NCBI GenBank assembly: GCA_051294905.1
Contig: CM119372.1
Span: forward strand, 30,630,001 to 30,694,000
Origin: Botryllus schlosseri
Taxonomy: Eukaryota
Direction of reading: 5' to 3'
Length of the DNA stretch: 64,000 nt
Below, piece by piece: positions 1 to 11,518 of this stretch. Within the stretch, counting starts at the first letter, position 1, and each line of letters opens with the position of its first letter. Position numbers and translations under genes: made by a program. The notes below the pieces were generated by a model that saw nothing but the letters and a program-made list of their open reading frames with translations, was not told the DNA's origin and did not search any database.

Positions 1-775
1 TGGTGTTTCGGTTACACTGTAGTCACCATCAGCAACAAGTCACTGCCAATGACACCCAATTCTGAGAATGCAATCAAGGGCACAGCGAGTTCACAGTTTT
101 ATGGAAAAACGGCCACAAGGTAGTTATTTGCAGTTCTAAGTGAGAAGTCAGTTAGAAACCAGTTTATGCAGCTTGCATGGAGAATATAATTATGGCACAA
201 AAATATAATTTAGATATCTGTGGTCGCACTCCTTTTTCACTTATGACTTGACAGCTCCTCTGCCTCCATAGGAACTCGAATCGCGATATTAAAATAATGA
301 ACCAAATTTCAACGTCTACATTTACGGTTAAATCCCTTGTACTCCTTACAATTCATACACATGACAAGCAATCATAGCAATATGGCAACGTATATCGTTG
401 GTGAAACCGCTGTCTTAGAAGTTTATATAACTATTCAACCGGCCAATCATCGAGATTTTGCCAATTCCATTGTTTGCAAATAAAGGTGTTGATAGAATGG
501 AACCTATGGTCCGTGATATAGGCTCACCGTAAGTATTTCAATGTATATAGGCTTGATAATTGAGTATTCAAGTGAAAAACAAATGAATGGATTTTAAAAA
601 CATTTTTGAATAGTTTGACTGGTCCGGCCCACGACGCTAGTTGAGCTTGACACCCCGGTTTATATAATTAGTTATTAGTTTATTGGCTACATTGTCAACA
701 TTGAAAAAATCGACTATTGGACGGTCCCCATTCCAACTGTATGCTGACTTTGTATAAATGTGATCATTTCTTCAG

Positions 776-1661
776 ATACCTCGCTACTGGGGACGATTAC
801 AATTCGCTCGCATATGATTTTCGAATAGCCTGCTCGACTATCAGTAAAATAGTCTCAGAGACGTGTCAGGCGATATGGGATCGACTCCAACCGATTGTTC
901 TGCCGAAGCCTACATCGTCAACGTTCGAGGAAGCATCCGTCCGATTTCGATCAAGGTTCAGCTTTCCTAACTGTGTCGGATCTATCGGCGGGAGGCATGT
1001 GCTGATTCGAAGCCCATCAACCACCGAAACATTCAGAACCGTACTAACGGCAATAGCAGATGCTAATTATAAATTTGTGTGGATTTCGATTGACAGTAAC
1101 GAACTCGATTCTGACGGTGGAATATTTTGCGATTCCGAACTGGGAACTCTAATTGTGGACGGGAAATTGGATGTACCCGCGGACCAGCCGTTAGCACCCG
1201 GACTGGACAATGCGCCGTATATTTTTGTGGCGGATGAAACGTTCCCGTTGTGTTGGAACTTAATGAGGCCCTTTAGCGCAAAATCGTTGACTCCTTCAAA
1301 AAGTAATTTCAACGATCACCTATCTAAAGCAAGGACAATCGATGATACTATCCGACTGATGTCTGCCAGATTCCGTGTATTTAGCAAGCCCATGTGCTTA
1401 CAGCCGCATAACATAGATAAGGTCGTGAAAGCATGCGTCTGCCTGCACAATTTTCTTAGCAAAGACCAATCGCCATCTTGCCGCGGACCTATCATACCAG
1501 AGCACCCGTCTGAAGCCTTGTGTCCAAAGGACACTGTTAAAGGGGGCGGTTCGAAGGACGCTAAAGTCATCCGTGAGGCCTTCATGGAGTACTTTGACAA
1601 AACAGATGGTGAATTATCCAATCTCAGATTGAATAATTTGACTGTTTATATTGATTTATAA
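776..1661 (+). CDS. PIF/Harbinger transposase-derived nuclease (HARBI1/ALP1-like), terminal exon; upstream exon(s) not identified
   Basis: ORF 717-1661. Homology starts after the acceptor ttcttcag at 775. Motifs: RYLATGD-Y-SL-Y-FRI-STIS-IV-ETC-AIW (HTH), FPNCVGSI, ADANYKF, SDGGIF, YIFVADETFPL, LMRPF, ACVCLHNFL. Confidence 0.85.
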
Positions 1662-2401
1662 CATGCTACGGTAGTTTTGCTTTTGAACTTGGTAGTTTTC
1701 AAACATTCGATAGTATTGAAAGTTTCGAACTTCTCAATTCACTATGGATATTTCATTCAGGTTGCCCACATGAATGTCTTACCAGAAATTATGGCTACAT
1801 CTAGTTATTCGTTCGAATTCGGGTGTATTTTAGTTTTATTTGCACAAATTCCCTAATTTATGAAGAGCGACTAGTGGCACGGTAATTTGAGTTCAGTATT
1901 GTGTTCAGAATCGCGCCTTATAAAAAGGTGCTTAGGCACCCGCAAGAGTTGCGTTATTAGATGCTTCTGTAACTGTATTTGACTGTTTCTATATAATTTG
2001 CAATCATATTCATTGTCTGAAAATTGATTCTGGTAAATTCATCCTGGCTCGCTAATCACATTTATTGTGTGCTTTGTCTTTGTCGTATTACCTATTGCAC
2101 GAAACTATATCACTACTACTTGAGTTGTGATACTTCACTGCCAATTTTTACTTGCCAAATGACCACCTGACAGAATGGTATATTAATGGGCTGCTGTTTC
2201 AAAGGTGCTTCGTCTCTGTTTAACATGTTGACAGATCTTGCCTATTGTGTCATCTTGTGCATTTACCCCATTGGCGGGAAAATGGCTCATCTTGACATGT
2301 GCTTGCATTGCTGCAATGGTTTGTTTACAAATTTTTTATGTTTTTTTAGAACTCGATTTCATAAATATTTGTTTTGTAGAATTTTAACCCACGCCGTTCA
2401 A

Positions 2402-2905
2402 ATGACTGATAACCCCCTTAAAGCGAGGACGGACTTCTGGTTGGCCTTGAAACGTGAAGAGGACCAGTCCTTTTTGCAATGGTCACTCCGTGTTCGAGAA
2501 GCTGCTAGCAAGTGCGGATATTCCGGACACTATGTGGATGAAGTTATCATGGATAAACTCATCATCTCTTGTGCTGACTCTGATGCATTGTTAGAACTTC
2601 TTACAGAAGATCCGGAAACCATAAACCTCGGCAAAGTTGAGTCGATCATAAAAAAACATGAATATGTCAAAGAATGTCTCGCATCCATCCAATCTGATAC
2701 TATTGACACAGTTACCGGATCAACTGCTCGACCAAAGAAACACAAGGGCGCGAAACCTTTGCTGATAAAATGCAACTACTGCGGTAAGAAGCACAAGTAT
2801 GGGAAGTTCTTTTGTCCTGCTGGCGATTATAAATGCTTGGCGTGTAATAAAACAGGACATTTCGAAACTGTTTTCCGTTCTCGTCAAACCACTGCTACTT
2901 ATTAA
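2402..2905 (+). mobile_element. Gypsy (Mag/K02A2.6-like) retrotransposon gag-like ORF
   Basis: ARTDFW...REEDQSFLQWSLRVREAASKCGY capsid-like motif; paired zinc knuckles CNYCGKKH...CPA...CLACNKTGHFETVF (last Cys lost); ATG 2402 follows an acceptor-like gttttgtag at 2379. Confidence 0.7.
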
Positions 2906-3239
2906 GTAAATGTACGCTATGTGAAGTCTGATGGTGATTTTCAGGATGGTGCGAAAAAGCGCTCAAGTCTCAACACAGCTGTATTCGTGAGATCTGTGAT
3001 AGCTGCTGTCGATTTGGATAGTGCTCCTGACACCTGGAGAGCTGATGCGGAACCTGCAATCTCACACCAGTGGATGACCAGTATCAACGTTTTTGAATTT
3101 TGTTGGTTTGTCAAACTCGCGGTTACACTGGAAGTGTTTACATTGAGTGTTGACGCTGGCACACAAGTATGGATCCGGTCGCTGCACAGTGCAATGGTAT
3201 ATTCTGAAAAAGTGTCTGATGACCATGGAGAGTGCAGAA

Positions 3240-5629
3240 TAGGGTGGAGTGAAAAATGGAAAATTTTGAATTTCAAAACGGACACTTGATATGTGGTGCC
3301 AAATTTAAAAAAAATAATAATAATTTTGGGCTCGTGCACCCTCTAGTGGTCGTGCAATTGCACCTAACAAGATAAAAATAGCAAATTTCTCGATATATTG
3401 CTGACCGCTTCCGCTAGAAAGCTGATTTTGGGCTCAAAAGATGCGGAAGCAACAAGTTTCTATCTCACTTCCACAGAACTTTTGTCTTAAAAATGTACAG
3501 AAAAAAAGTTACGAGCAAATTATTGATTTTTAGACCATTTTTCGGTAAAATTAGGCACTGTAGCAGTGGTACGAGGCCAAAAGCGTGTAGTGATAGATCT
3601 TATGACTGACAACTCCATATTGGAAACACATAAATTGCGAATCCATGTTGAAAACACAAAAACATCGATTCAAACTTGAAAAAAGATATATTTCGAAGAT
3701 GGTTTCACTACCAGAGTATTAGTATGCACAAATCTTAAAATCTTGTTTCGTATTAAAGGATTTCATCTGCTTTCGAGATTTCAGTTTTTGTCCGATGAGG
3801 CCATCTCTACGTTCAAATCGCCATACATGGGCAATGGCCATATGCTTCGGTCACCACTTTAACATCTCTTTCCACTGCCTGGTTGTGCCAAGGATGATTG
3901 ATCCTTAATGGCGATGACCTTAGATTTTCCAGCTCGAGATATGAAAAGTTTTTGATTGCTGGTGGATGTTCCACATCTTTTATATGCAAGTTGACAGTTT
4001 GGTGGTATGATTTGGCCTTGATGTTTAGAATTGGGATTTTGAACTGGGATTTTGAACAATCTGATTCTAGTGTCAACGTGTTTTTAGTTTTCCGTTCATT
4101 AACATATCCTCCTTCAAAGTCGCCAATTGGAATCTGGTATTCTGTTTGATCTGCTCATAGTTGTAGTCTTGCAAGTCTTCTGAGGCCTTCATCATCATCA
4201 CCGAGCATTCCCGGAAGTGCAAAACATGCCTTTCGTTGTAGCAAAGATAGTGCAAGGTTACGAATTCGTGTATCAGAAAGCTTTTGTAATATGGGTAACT
4301 ATGTTGCAGAAGTTTCTGGCACCATCAACAATGGAATTGCGCCTTTTTATTTCAAACCATGACGGAAAATAAACCTCCATGCAGAACTGAGTAAGATAGT
4401 TCAGATTGCCTGATGGATGACTCTGTCGCACATAGAACATGCCAAATTTTGAGTTTCTATGTGCGACAGAGCAATCTGAATTATCTTGCTCAATTCTGCA
4501 TGGAGTTTTAATTTCCGTCATGGTTTGAAATAAAAAGGCACAATTCCATTGTTGATGGTGCTAAAAACTTGTGCAACATAGTTTCCCATATTACAAAGCT
4601 TTCTGTTACACGAATTCGCAACCTTGCACTACCTTTGCTACAACGAAAAGCATATTTTGCACATCCGGATAATGTTTTTTGGGAATGCTCAGTGATGATG
4701 ATGAAGGCCTTGGAAGATTTGCAAGATTACAGCTATCAGCAGATCAAACAGAATACAAGATTCCAATTAGCGACTTTTAATGAGGATATGTTAATGAAAC
4801 GAAACCGGAAAACAACGTTGACACTAGAATCAGATTGTTTAAAATCCCAATTATAAACATCAAGGCCAAATCATACCACTAAATTGTCGACTTGAATCAA
4901 AAGATGTGGAACAGCCACCAGAAATCAAAAACTCGCCATATCTCGAGGTGGAAAATCTAAGGTCATCACCTCAAACATCCTTGGCACAACCAGGCAGTGG
5001 AAAGAGACGTTAAAGTGGTGACCAAGCATCTGCCCATGTGTCGGGATTTAAACGTAGAGATGGCTTAATCAGACGAAAAACTGAAGTCTCGAAAACTGAT
5101 GAAATCCTTTAATACGAAACAAGATTTCAAAGTTTGTGCAGACTAATACTCTGGTAGTGAAACAATCTTCGAAATATATCTTTTTTCAATATAGAATTGA
5201 TGTTTTGGTGTTTTCAATATCGTTTAGCAATTTATGTGTTTCCAATATGGAGTTGTCAGTCATAAGATCTATCACTACACGCTTTTGGCCTCGTACCACT
5301 GCTACAGTGCCTAATTTTACCGAAAAATGGTCTAAAAATCAATAATTTGCTCGTAACTTTTTTTCTGTGCATTTTTAAGACAAAGTTCTGTGGAAGTGAG
5401 ATAGAAACTTGTTGCTTCCGCATCTTTTGAGCCCAAAATCAGCTTTCTAGCGGAAGTGGTCATCAATATATAGCGAAATTTGCTATTTTTGGCTCGTTAG
5501 GTGCAATTGCACGACCACTAGAGGGTGCACGAGCCCAATATTATTATGGAAATTTTTTTTTTTAATTTGGCACCACATATCAAGTGTCCGTTTTGAAATT
5601 CAAAATTTTCCATTTTTCACTCCACCCTA
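3240..5629. mobile_element. Palindromic non-autonomous hAT (hATm-like) element made of two inverted transposon 3' halves
   Basis: Termini TAGGGTGGAGTG...CACTCCACCCTA; 8-bp TSD gtgcagaa (3232-3239) / gtgtagaa (5630-5637); ~1.2-kb arms mirrored about ~4445; transposase C-terminal remnants (HPWHNQAVERDVKVVTEA; QRKAYFAHPDN) run outward in both arms. Confidence 0.88.
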
Positions 5630-5637
5630 GTGTAGAA

Positions 5638-6450
5638 CATTCCACCCTTGTCTACGTGAATATGACTCTGGACTATGGCCGGATAACTTCATTGTGGAAA
5701 GAGTGCAAATTCGCTACATTCACGCTAAAACTGCTCTTAGGCATAGCTACCAGATGCATTAAATATTGAGCTACTGCATTACTGCAACATGAGCCGGGCA
5801 GAGTCAACAGCCGTGCAGTCGCCTGTGCAGTAACAACCTGGCTTGGGAAGACAGATGGCATCATGATGACTTTCCTTGAGGTCTTTAGTAGAGGAGTGGG
5901 GTAAATGAAAGGACAGTACTATATTAAGCTGAAGGTCAACGCTATACTCTTCTGCCTGAAGATACCTTGTAGAGTTGTTATTGAATAGCCTGGTAGTTTG
6001 ACCGAGCAGCCAAACAAATTGCTAAAGTCAGATATCATCGAACCTGTCACCATTCACCAAGACAACATACTGGTGTCATACTGTCCTCCGATCGTGGTGC
6101 CGAAGAAAAATACTCGCCTATGACTATATGTGCACACCAGAGGTTTACAGCATTGCCCTTGAATGTCCAGGACAGACTTCGAGATGAGAGAATAGCATTC
6201 AATAATGAGCGGTGCGTGTTTTGCTCAACTAAATGGGAATACCTTATTTTGGGCATGTTTTCGCAATGATGAAATCAGAGACATCCTACAAAGGTAGAAG
6301 CAATCAATCACCCGGTTCTCTGCTACCTCGTATGTTTTGGAACTCAAGGTTTCGGATATGATCAAGTCATGTGATTCTATATGTATGTGAGTGTGAGGGA
6401 TTGTATGTGCTTTGATTGAATAAATGACTGCTCGCGGGATTACGGTACAT
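5638..6450 (+). pseudogene. Decayed Gypsy pol (RT) remnant and possible LTR, continuation of the gag element
   Basis: Interrupted translations FLEVFSRGVG*MKGQYYIKLKVNAILFCLKIPCRV, LLKSDIIEPVT, HQDNILVS (degenerate YxDD), VQDRLRDERIAFNNERCVF..EYL..GHVF..PTKVEAI; AATAAA and ...GGTACA near 6449. Confidence 0.7.
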
Positions 6451-6857
6451 GTCTCATCGATCAGATCAGCTTTTAATGGATAAACTATTGCTAGAACTCG
6501 AATCTGGAACTTGTATCATTTAAAATTGGAAATATTGCATCCACATGTTTATCAAGAATTGAGTTACGGAGATCATAAAGTTAACATATCTGGGAGAGTG
6601 TTATTCGTCAGATTAAAATTTATTAATCATGGCAACCCAATTCGCTGGGTAAAATAGTCAGTTTATTTCTTGAGACAAAATGAAACAGGGTATTACACAA
6701 TCACTCACTGCGTCCATCGTGGTAGGTGCAGCTTTGCATGTTTTCTTCAGTGCCATAGAACACAAATACTCTCGTCACAACACGGCCCTAATTGCAATAC
6801 AACTACTCAAGTAGAGTAATAATTTCCAAAGCATTCAAAAATACTGGAATTGTAAGT

Positions 6858-6929
6858 TGCTGACGATTACCCCTGACGAGTGTCAGCCGAAAATATTCGG
6901 GTTCATTTCAATATGAATATACTATTTAA
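6858..6929 (+). ncRNA. Minimal type I hammerhead ribozyme in a short retroposed repeat (copy 1, intact, 5'-truncated)
   Basis: ACCC-CUGACGA-G[UGUCAGC]C-GAAA-AUAU-UC-GGGU at 6869-6902; GCUGAC 6859-6864 is complementary to loop II; 13-bp direct repeat tggaattgtaagt at 6845-6857 and 6930-6942. Confidence 0.8.
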
Positions 6930-7440
6930 TGGAATTGTAAGTAAAAAACGATAATTTCAACAAGCCCCGATGTAGTCTGAAATAGCAGACAAAAACAGAG
7001 CGTCACAGACTAACTTTGATATGTGCCTGCATGACCAATGACATGGACCATCAGAAGTAGCCTATGATGTGTTATTTCAGTACAAGGCTACACTCCAATA
7101 TGTTACAAATTACAAAATTTGATGTATCACTTCGTCTAGCAATGAACAAGCGCCTAGTATGCAATTGACAAATGAAATAATGTATTCAGAGTATCAGCAG
7201 GAAAAAGTTTGACATGCGCTCGAATTCTCAGTAAAAGAAAAATTATTGGTATAACACCTGACTCTGCCTGCTACTATCAAGTTCATTGTAACCATCCGAT
7301 ACCGAACAAACACACGATCCTCCATGTTTTATTAAAATATTGTATGATTGCGCCGTCAAATAACGGAATGCAAGCTCTCGATTTCAGCCACGGGCCGCAA
7401 AATCCATCATCAGATATCCCCAGAATCTCACTCTCACAAA

Positions 7441-9696
7441 TCATTTCTTCCTACCACCGCGCTCCTTAACCTGCAGGTTGATAACGGATGCGCCGGTGAT
7501 GTTATAGTAAGCCAGAGAGTTTGAATCCTTCATGAACAACCCATCAAGCTGCAGCTTCTGTTTTCCTCCCGGCATGCCTGTAGCATCATGTATCTTTGCT
7601 TTGATCACCGATATCTCATCCGTCAACGGCAGTGTGAAAGTCAAAGTCTGCCCGGTCAACGTCCAATCGGCGCGGTCCGCAGTCGGGCATATAACCTTGA
7701 ACACGACCGGACCTCGGTTTCTAGCCAGGAAATCGTTCTCAGGTATCAAAGTCGCCTCTGTACGCTGTCTCTTATTAGCCGGCCCTTCGTCCATGCCCAT
7801 GTATGGCCGTCCTGGCAGTCTAATCTGGTGCATGATCGGGTTCGGAACCATCATCGGTTGCTGCTGCATTTGGACCACTTGCGGCTGTTGCTGGACTACA
7901 GTCATAGGCTGCTGTACCACCACCACCGGTCTAGGCTGGTGGACGACGTTGATAACGGGCCGGACTACTGTGAGCACTTGTTGCTGCCGGACAGGCTGGA
8001 CTTGCACCTGGGACAGTACTTTGACCGGTTCTTTTTGTACGCGCTGTATTGGCGCTGGGACCGGGGCAGGTACACTAGACTTACTCGAAGTCGGTGCAGG
8101 GCCAATCTTCTCCAGACTGTCATCCACAATCAATCCTTGCGCTTTTTTAATGGCTTCAATCTGGTCATCGACCGTAATTCCTTGAGTCGCTTTACGCTGG
8201 GCACTTTCAGCACTGCCTGAATGTCCATCCCACATGACCTTGTCGGACAGTGACGGGTCCTCTTCCCCCACTTTTTTACCAATCGCCGTTTCTTCAACAC
8301 CGAAAATATCAGTACGCCTCTCTGCGAGACCTTTAAGAGCGTGCTCGATATCGGTACCTCCTTGGAATACTTCCTCCCCTTGCTGCTTCTCTGCGATTTG
8401 ACGCTTACGCTGCTCTTTCCAGTTGGGATCGAGCAGGCCGTATCTCATGTGCTCCTGGAATTTTTCGGCGTGAATACGCTCGCCCGTTAAGGGCGATATC
8501 ATGTACTTGCCCTCGTCGCTTGTGGCCGGGGCTGTGCCTTGACGACGTTTTGGGTCATAACGACGGATTATTACATCACCCGCCGCAGGGGGTAAAGGCG
8601 GTTTTTCTGGTTCTTCCTCATCAGAGCTTTCTTCCATGTCCATATCCACTAATTGACGTTGTTCTGGTTGCGGTGCCGGTGCCTCTCTAGACGCGTGTTC
8701 TTCCACATCGCTGTCACTATCACTGTCTTTACGTCCTGATTTTGTGTTGTCTGTTTGTGATCTGTCAGGCGGTACTTCGCCATATTTCTCATATCTTTCT
8801 TGCTGGATTAGCCGAGCGCCCAAGTCACTTATCGTGACCGGGGTTGGGAAATTACCAATTTCGTGCTGCTGAAAATCAACAGTCTCCACTACCACAAAGT
8901 CGTGCCAGTCGATTTGAGAGTACGCTAGTCTCTCTTTTTCTACAGCTTCTTTCTCACGAGCCTTTATCCTATCCTCGTGCCTGGTCCATTCGACACAATA
9001 CTGGACATCGTCGAGAATTTTTTTCGGGTTTTCGCCTTCGATCCTCAGTTTTGCCATCAAGTTTTTGGGTGGAATCAGGATTTTTGTGTACTGCTCCACG
9101 AGCTTTGTGAAATAGTTAAAAAGCGAGTGCTGCGGGCGTAGGAAATCGAATTGGTAATTTTTCGTTTCCTTCTGCATCAACTGTGTCAGGAAGTTACGTC
9201 CGTTTCTAGCTACGAATTGCGCGGTCAAGCGTACCACGTCCAAATCGTATGCTGAGATGGATGGCGGTTCTGCCATGAATTCGTAAGGCGCTGGCGGGTC
9301 TTTTGGGATAAACTGGTCTTGTACTGCTTGCACGGTCGGTTTCACAGCCCCTTTCAACGGTGCTTTTGGCGCGGCTGGCTCTTGACCTTTACCCTCCAGA
9401 AATTCTTTGACTTTGTGTCGGTAGTACGCGTGATAAGGGTCGGTCGGTCCGAGAAAGTTAAATTTTGAGTTGTTGGCTTCGTTTTGGCGAATTCTAGCCT
9501 CGAATTCGGGGCCGTTTCTTGCTACGAAGCTGGCTGTTTTGTCGACGATGTTGCGGACTTCGGGAGGAGGGTAGATAATTCCGATGATTGGTTTCGAAGC
9601 GGACGCATCTTGCTCGGTTGGCTCTGGTACGTCCCCCTGAACCCTAATTCCGGATTCGTCCGCTCCCACTGGAGAAGGCTGTATTATAGGCGGCAT
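7441..9696 (-). CDS. SF3A1: Splicing factor 3A subunit 1 (SF3a120/Prp21), uninterrupted CDS
   Basis: 751 aa: IGIIYPPPEVRNIVDKTASFVARNGPEFE (SURP1), second SURP, PRP21-like IDWHDFVVVETVDF, LAERRTDIFG, C-terminal ubiquitin-like domain ending KERGGRKK. Confidence 0.97.
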   Translation of the reverse strand: MPPIIQPSPVGADESGIRVQGDVPEPTEQDASASKPIIGIIYPPPEVRNIVDKTASFVARNGPEFEARIRQNEANNSKFNFLGPTDPYHAYYRHKVKEFLEGKGQEPAAPKAPLKGAVKPTVQAVQDQFIPKDPPAPYEFMAEPPSISAYDLDVVRLTAQFVARNGRNFLTQLMQKETKNYQFDFLRPQHSLFNYFTKLVEQYTKILIPPKNLMAKLRIEGENPKKILDDVQYCVEWTRHEDRIKAREKEAVEKERLAYSQIDWHDFVVVETVDFQQHEIGNFPTPVTISDLGARLIQQERYEKYGEVPPDRSQTDNTKSGRKDSDSDSDVEEHASREAPAPQPEQRQLVDMDMEESSDEEEPEKPPLPPAAGDVIIRRYDPKRRQGTAPATSDEGKYMISPLTGERIHAEKFQEHMRYGLLDPNWKEQRKRQIAEKQQGEEVFQGGTDIEHALKGLAERRTDIFGVEETAIGKKVGEEDPSLSDKVMWDGHSGSAESAQRKATQGITVDDQIEAIKKAQGLIVDDSLEKIGPAPTSSKSSVPAPVPAPIQRVQKEPVKVLSQVQVQPVRQQQVLTVVRPVINVVHQPRPVVVVQQPMTVVQQQPQVVQMQQQPMMVPNPIMHQIRLPGRPYMGMDEGPANKRQRTEATLIPENDFLARNRGPVVFKVICPTADRADWTLTGQTLTFTLPLTDEISVIKAKIHDATGMPGGKQKLQLDGLFMKDSNSLAYYNITGASVINLQVKERGGRKK

Positions 9697-11518
9697 GTCA
9701 AACTTTTGAATTGCGTATCAAGCGATTGACTTACACTGCTGTTAATGAGAGAGAGAGAGAGAGTTAATTTATCAACGCAAAAACTCAAACATTGAATTCA
9801 AATTTTACATGACACAAGAGGATGGATCGTGTGTAGGTCATGAAACAATTTCTGATATAAAATGAATAGTATAGTAAGTAGGGATATATGATTTGAAATA
9901 TTTTTGTATTATAGCTACAGTTACAGTACAGGATAATGCGATTGCACTTAAGGGAAGAGTTGTTGTAACGTAAACCTACAAAAGTAACAAGTCGCAAGTC
10001 AATTTCAGATTTACTATTTATAGATTTCGCTCGAGTCAAGTCACAGCCCAGACTGGAATCGGTGGTTGCTTTCGACAACAGGTTGTGCGTGACAGACGGA
10101 TTTCTCCCGTGATAGGAAATTTTCATCCACGTGACGGAAACATTTTTCGATCTGAATTGATAATGAATTACTTATTAAACGACACAATGTGCTAAAATAG
10201 ACCTGGTATACGCTGGGCTAGGGTTAAGTCGTATATTCACTGCTGCGCAAATGCCACACTTGCTTGCGTTCATTGTAAAGCGCAAGCGGCTTATTTTGGA
10301 TCTGGACTCTGGTATATAGCTTTGTGACGTCAGGATAATTCATTAATCGGCGTCATCAGATGTAAATGCTCGCGTGACGTTGCGCATGCTGTTGCGACCG
10401 TACTCACTCTGGGTCACAGCTAATATACCTAAATTTCAACGGTATTCCATTTTATTTGATTTTCAACAGGAAGTGGACAATGAGATTTGGAGCATACTGG
10501 AACTCGTCCTTGATGCAGCACCTATATATGAGTCTGACTACTCCGACCCTGATATTATATTATGGGGTTACCGGTAAGTATAGATAAGATTTAAGATAGA
10601 CTAGTACGGTACTCGACTAATCGTACTTACATGTAAACAACTCTATGAGTCTAATATTATGTCTAAGAATGGTCCAAACCCGACATTGGTTGCAACGAAC
10701 CAGACACCGTAACTGAAATCACACAACCTTTTCCTGAACCTGGAAGAGTATCAGCAAAAACAACAACCCATGCAGGCCATGCTTATAGCTTAATCGCTTC
10801 GAAAATCCTGGACGCCGACGCGCCGAACGTCATGAATTCTACAGGGTTGGTTCGATTATGTTCACAATAAGAGCAATTCTGTTCACAATAAGAGCAGTCT
10901 CATGTTCACAATAAGAGCAGTCATGTTCACAATAAGAGCAGTCTCATGTTCACAATAAGAGCAGTCGTTGTATTCACAATAACATCAGTCGCAGCACCAT
11001 CATATCCCCCTGACACGATGTCCGAGTGGCAACATAGTCCGAACACAACCCAGACATGATGTCCGAACACCCCCAGACACGATGTCCTAGTGTCAACGCA
11101 GTTCGAACACACTCCTGACATGATGCCCGAACACCCCTAGACACGATGTCCGAATGTCAACGCAGTCCGAACACATCCCAGACACGATGTCCGAACGCCC
11201 CCCCCCCAGACACACCCCAGACATGAGGTCCGAACACCCCCCAGACATCGTCAAGACACGATGTCCGAACTCGCCACGCCCCAGACATGATGTCCGAGTG
11301 TCAACGCAGTCCGAAGACACCCCAAACATGATTTTATGAACACACCCTAGACTTGATATTTGAACACAGGCCGGGACATGATGTCCGAACATGATTTCCG
11401 ATTGGCAACGCAGTGTGGACACACCTCAGTCATGATATCCAAACACCCCCAGACATGATGTCCAGAGTGTCAATGCAGTCCGAAGATACCCCAGACATGA
11501 TAATACAATAAGATCAGC

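Noticed and set aside
7532..8220. 217-aa and 210-aa + strand ORFs, and similar ORFs opposite spinster
   Set aside because: Antisense shadows of real CDSs with no recognisable motifs.
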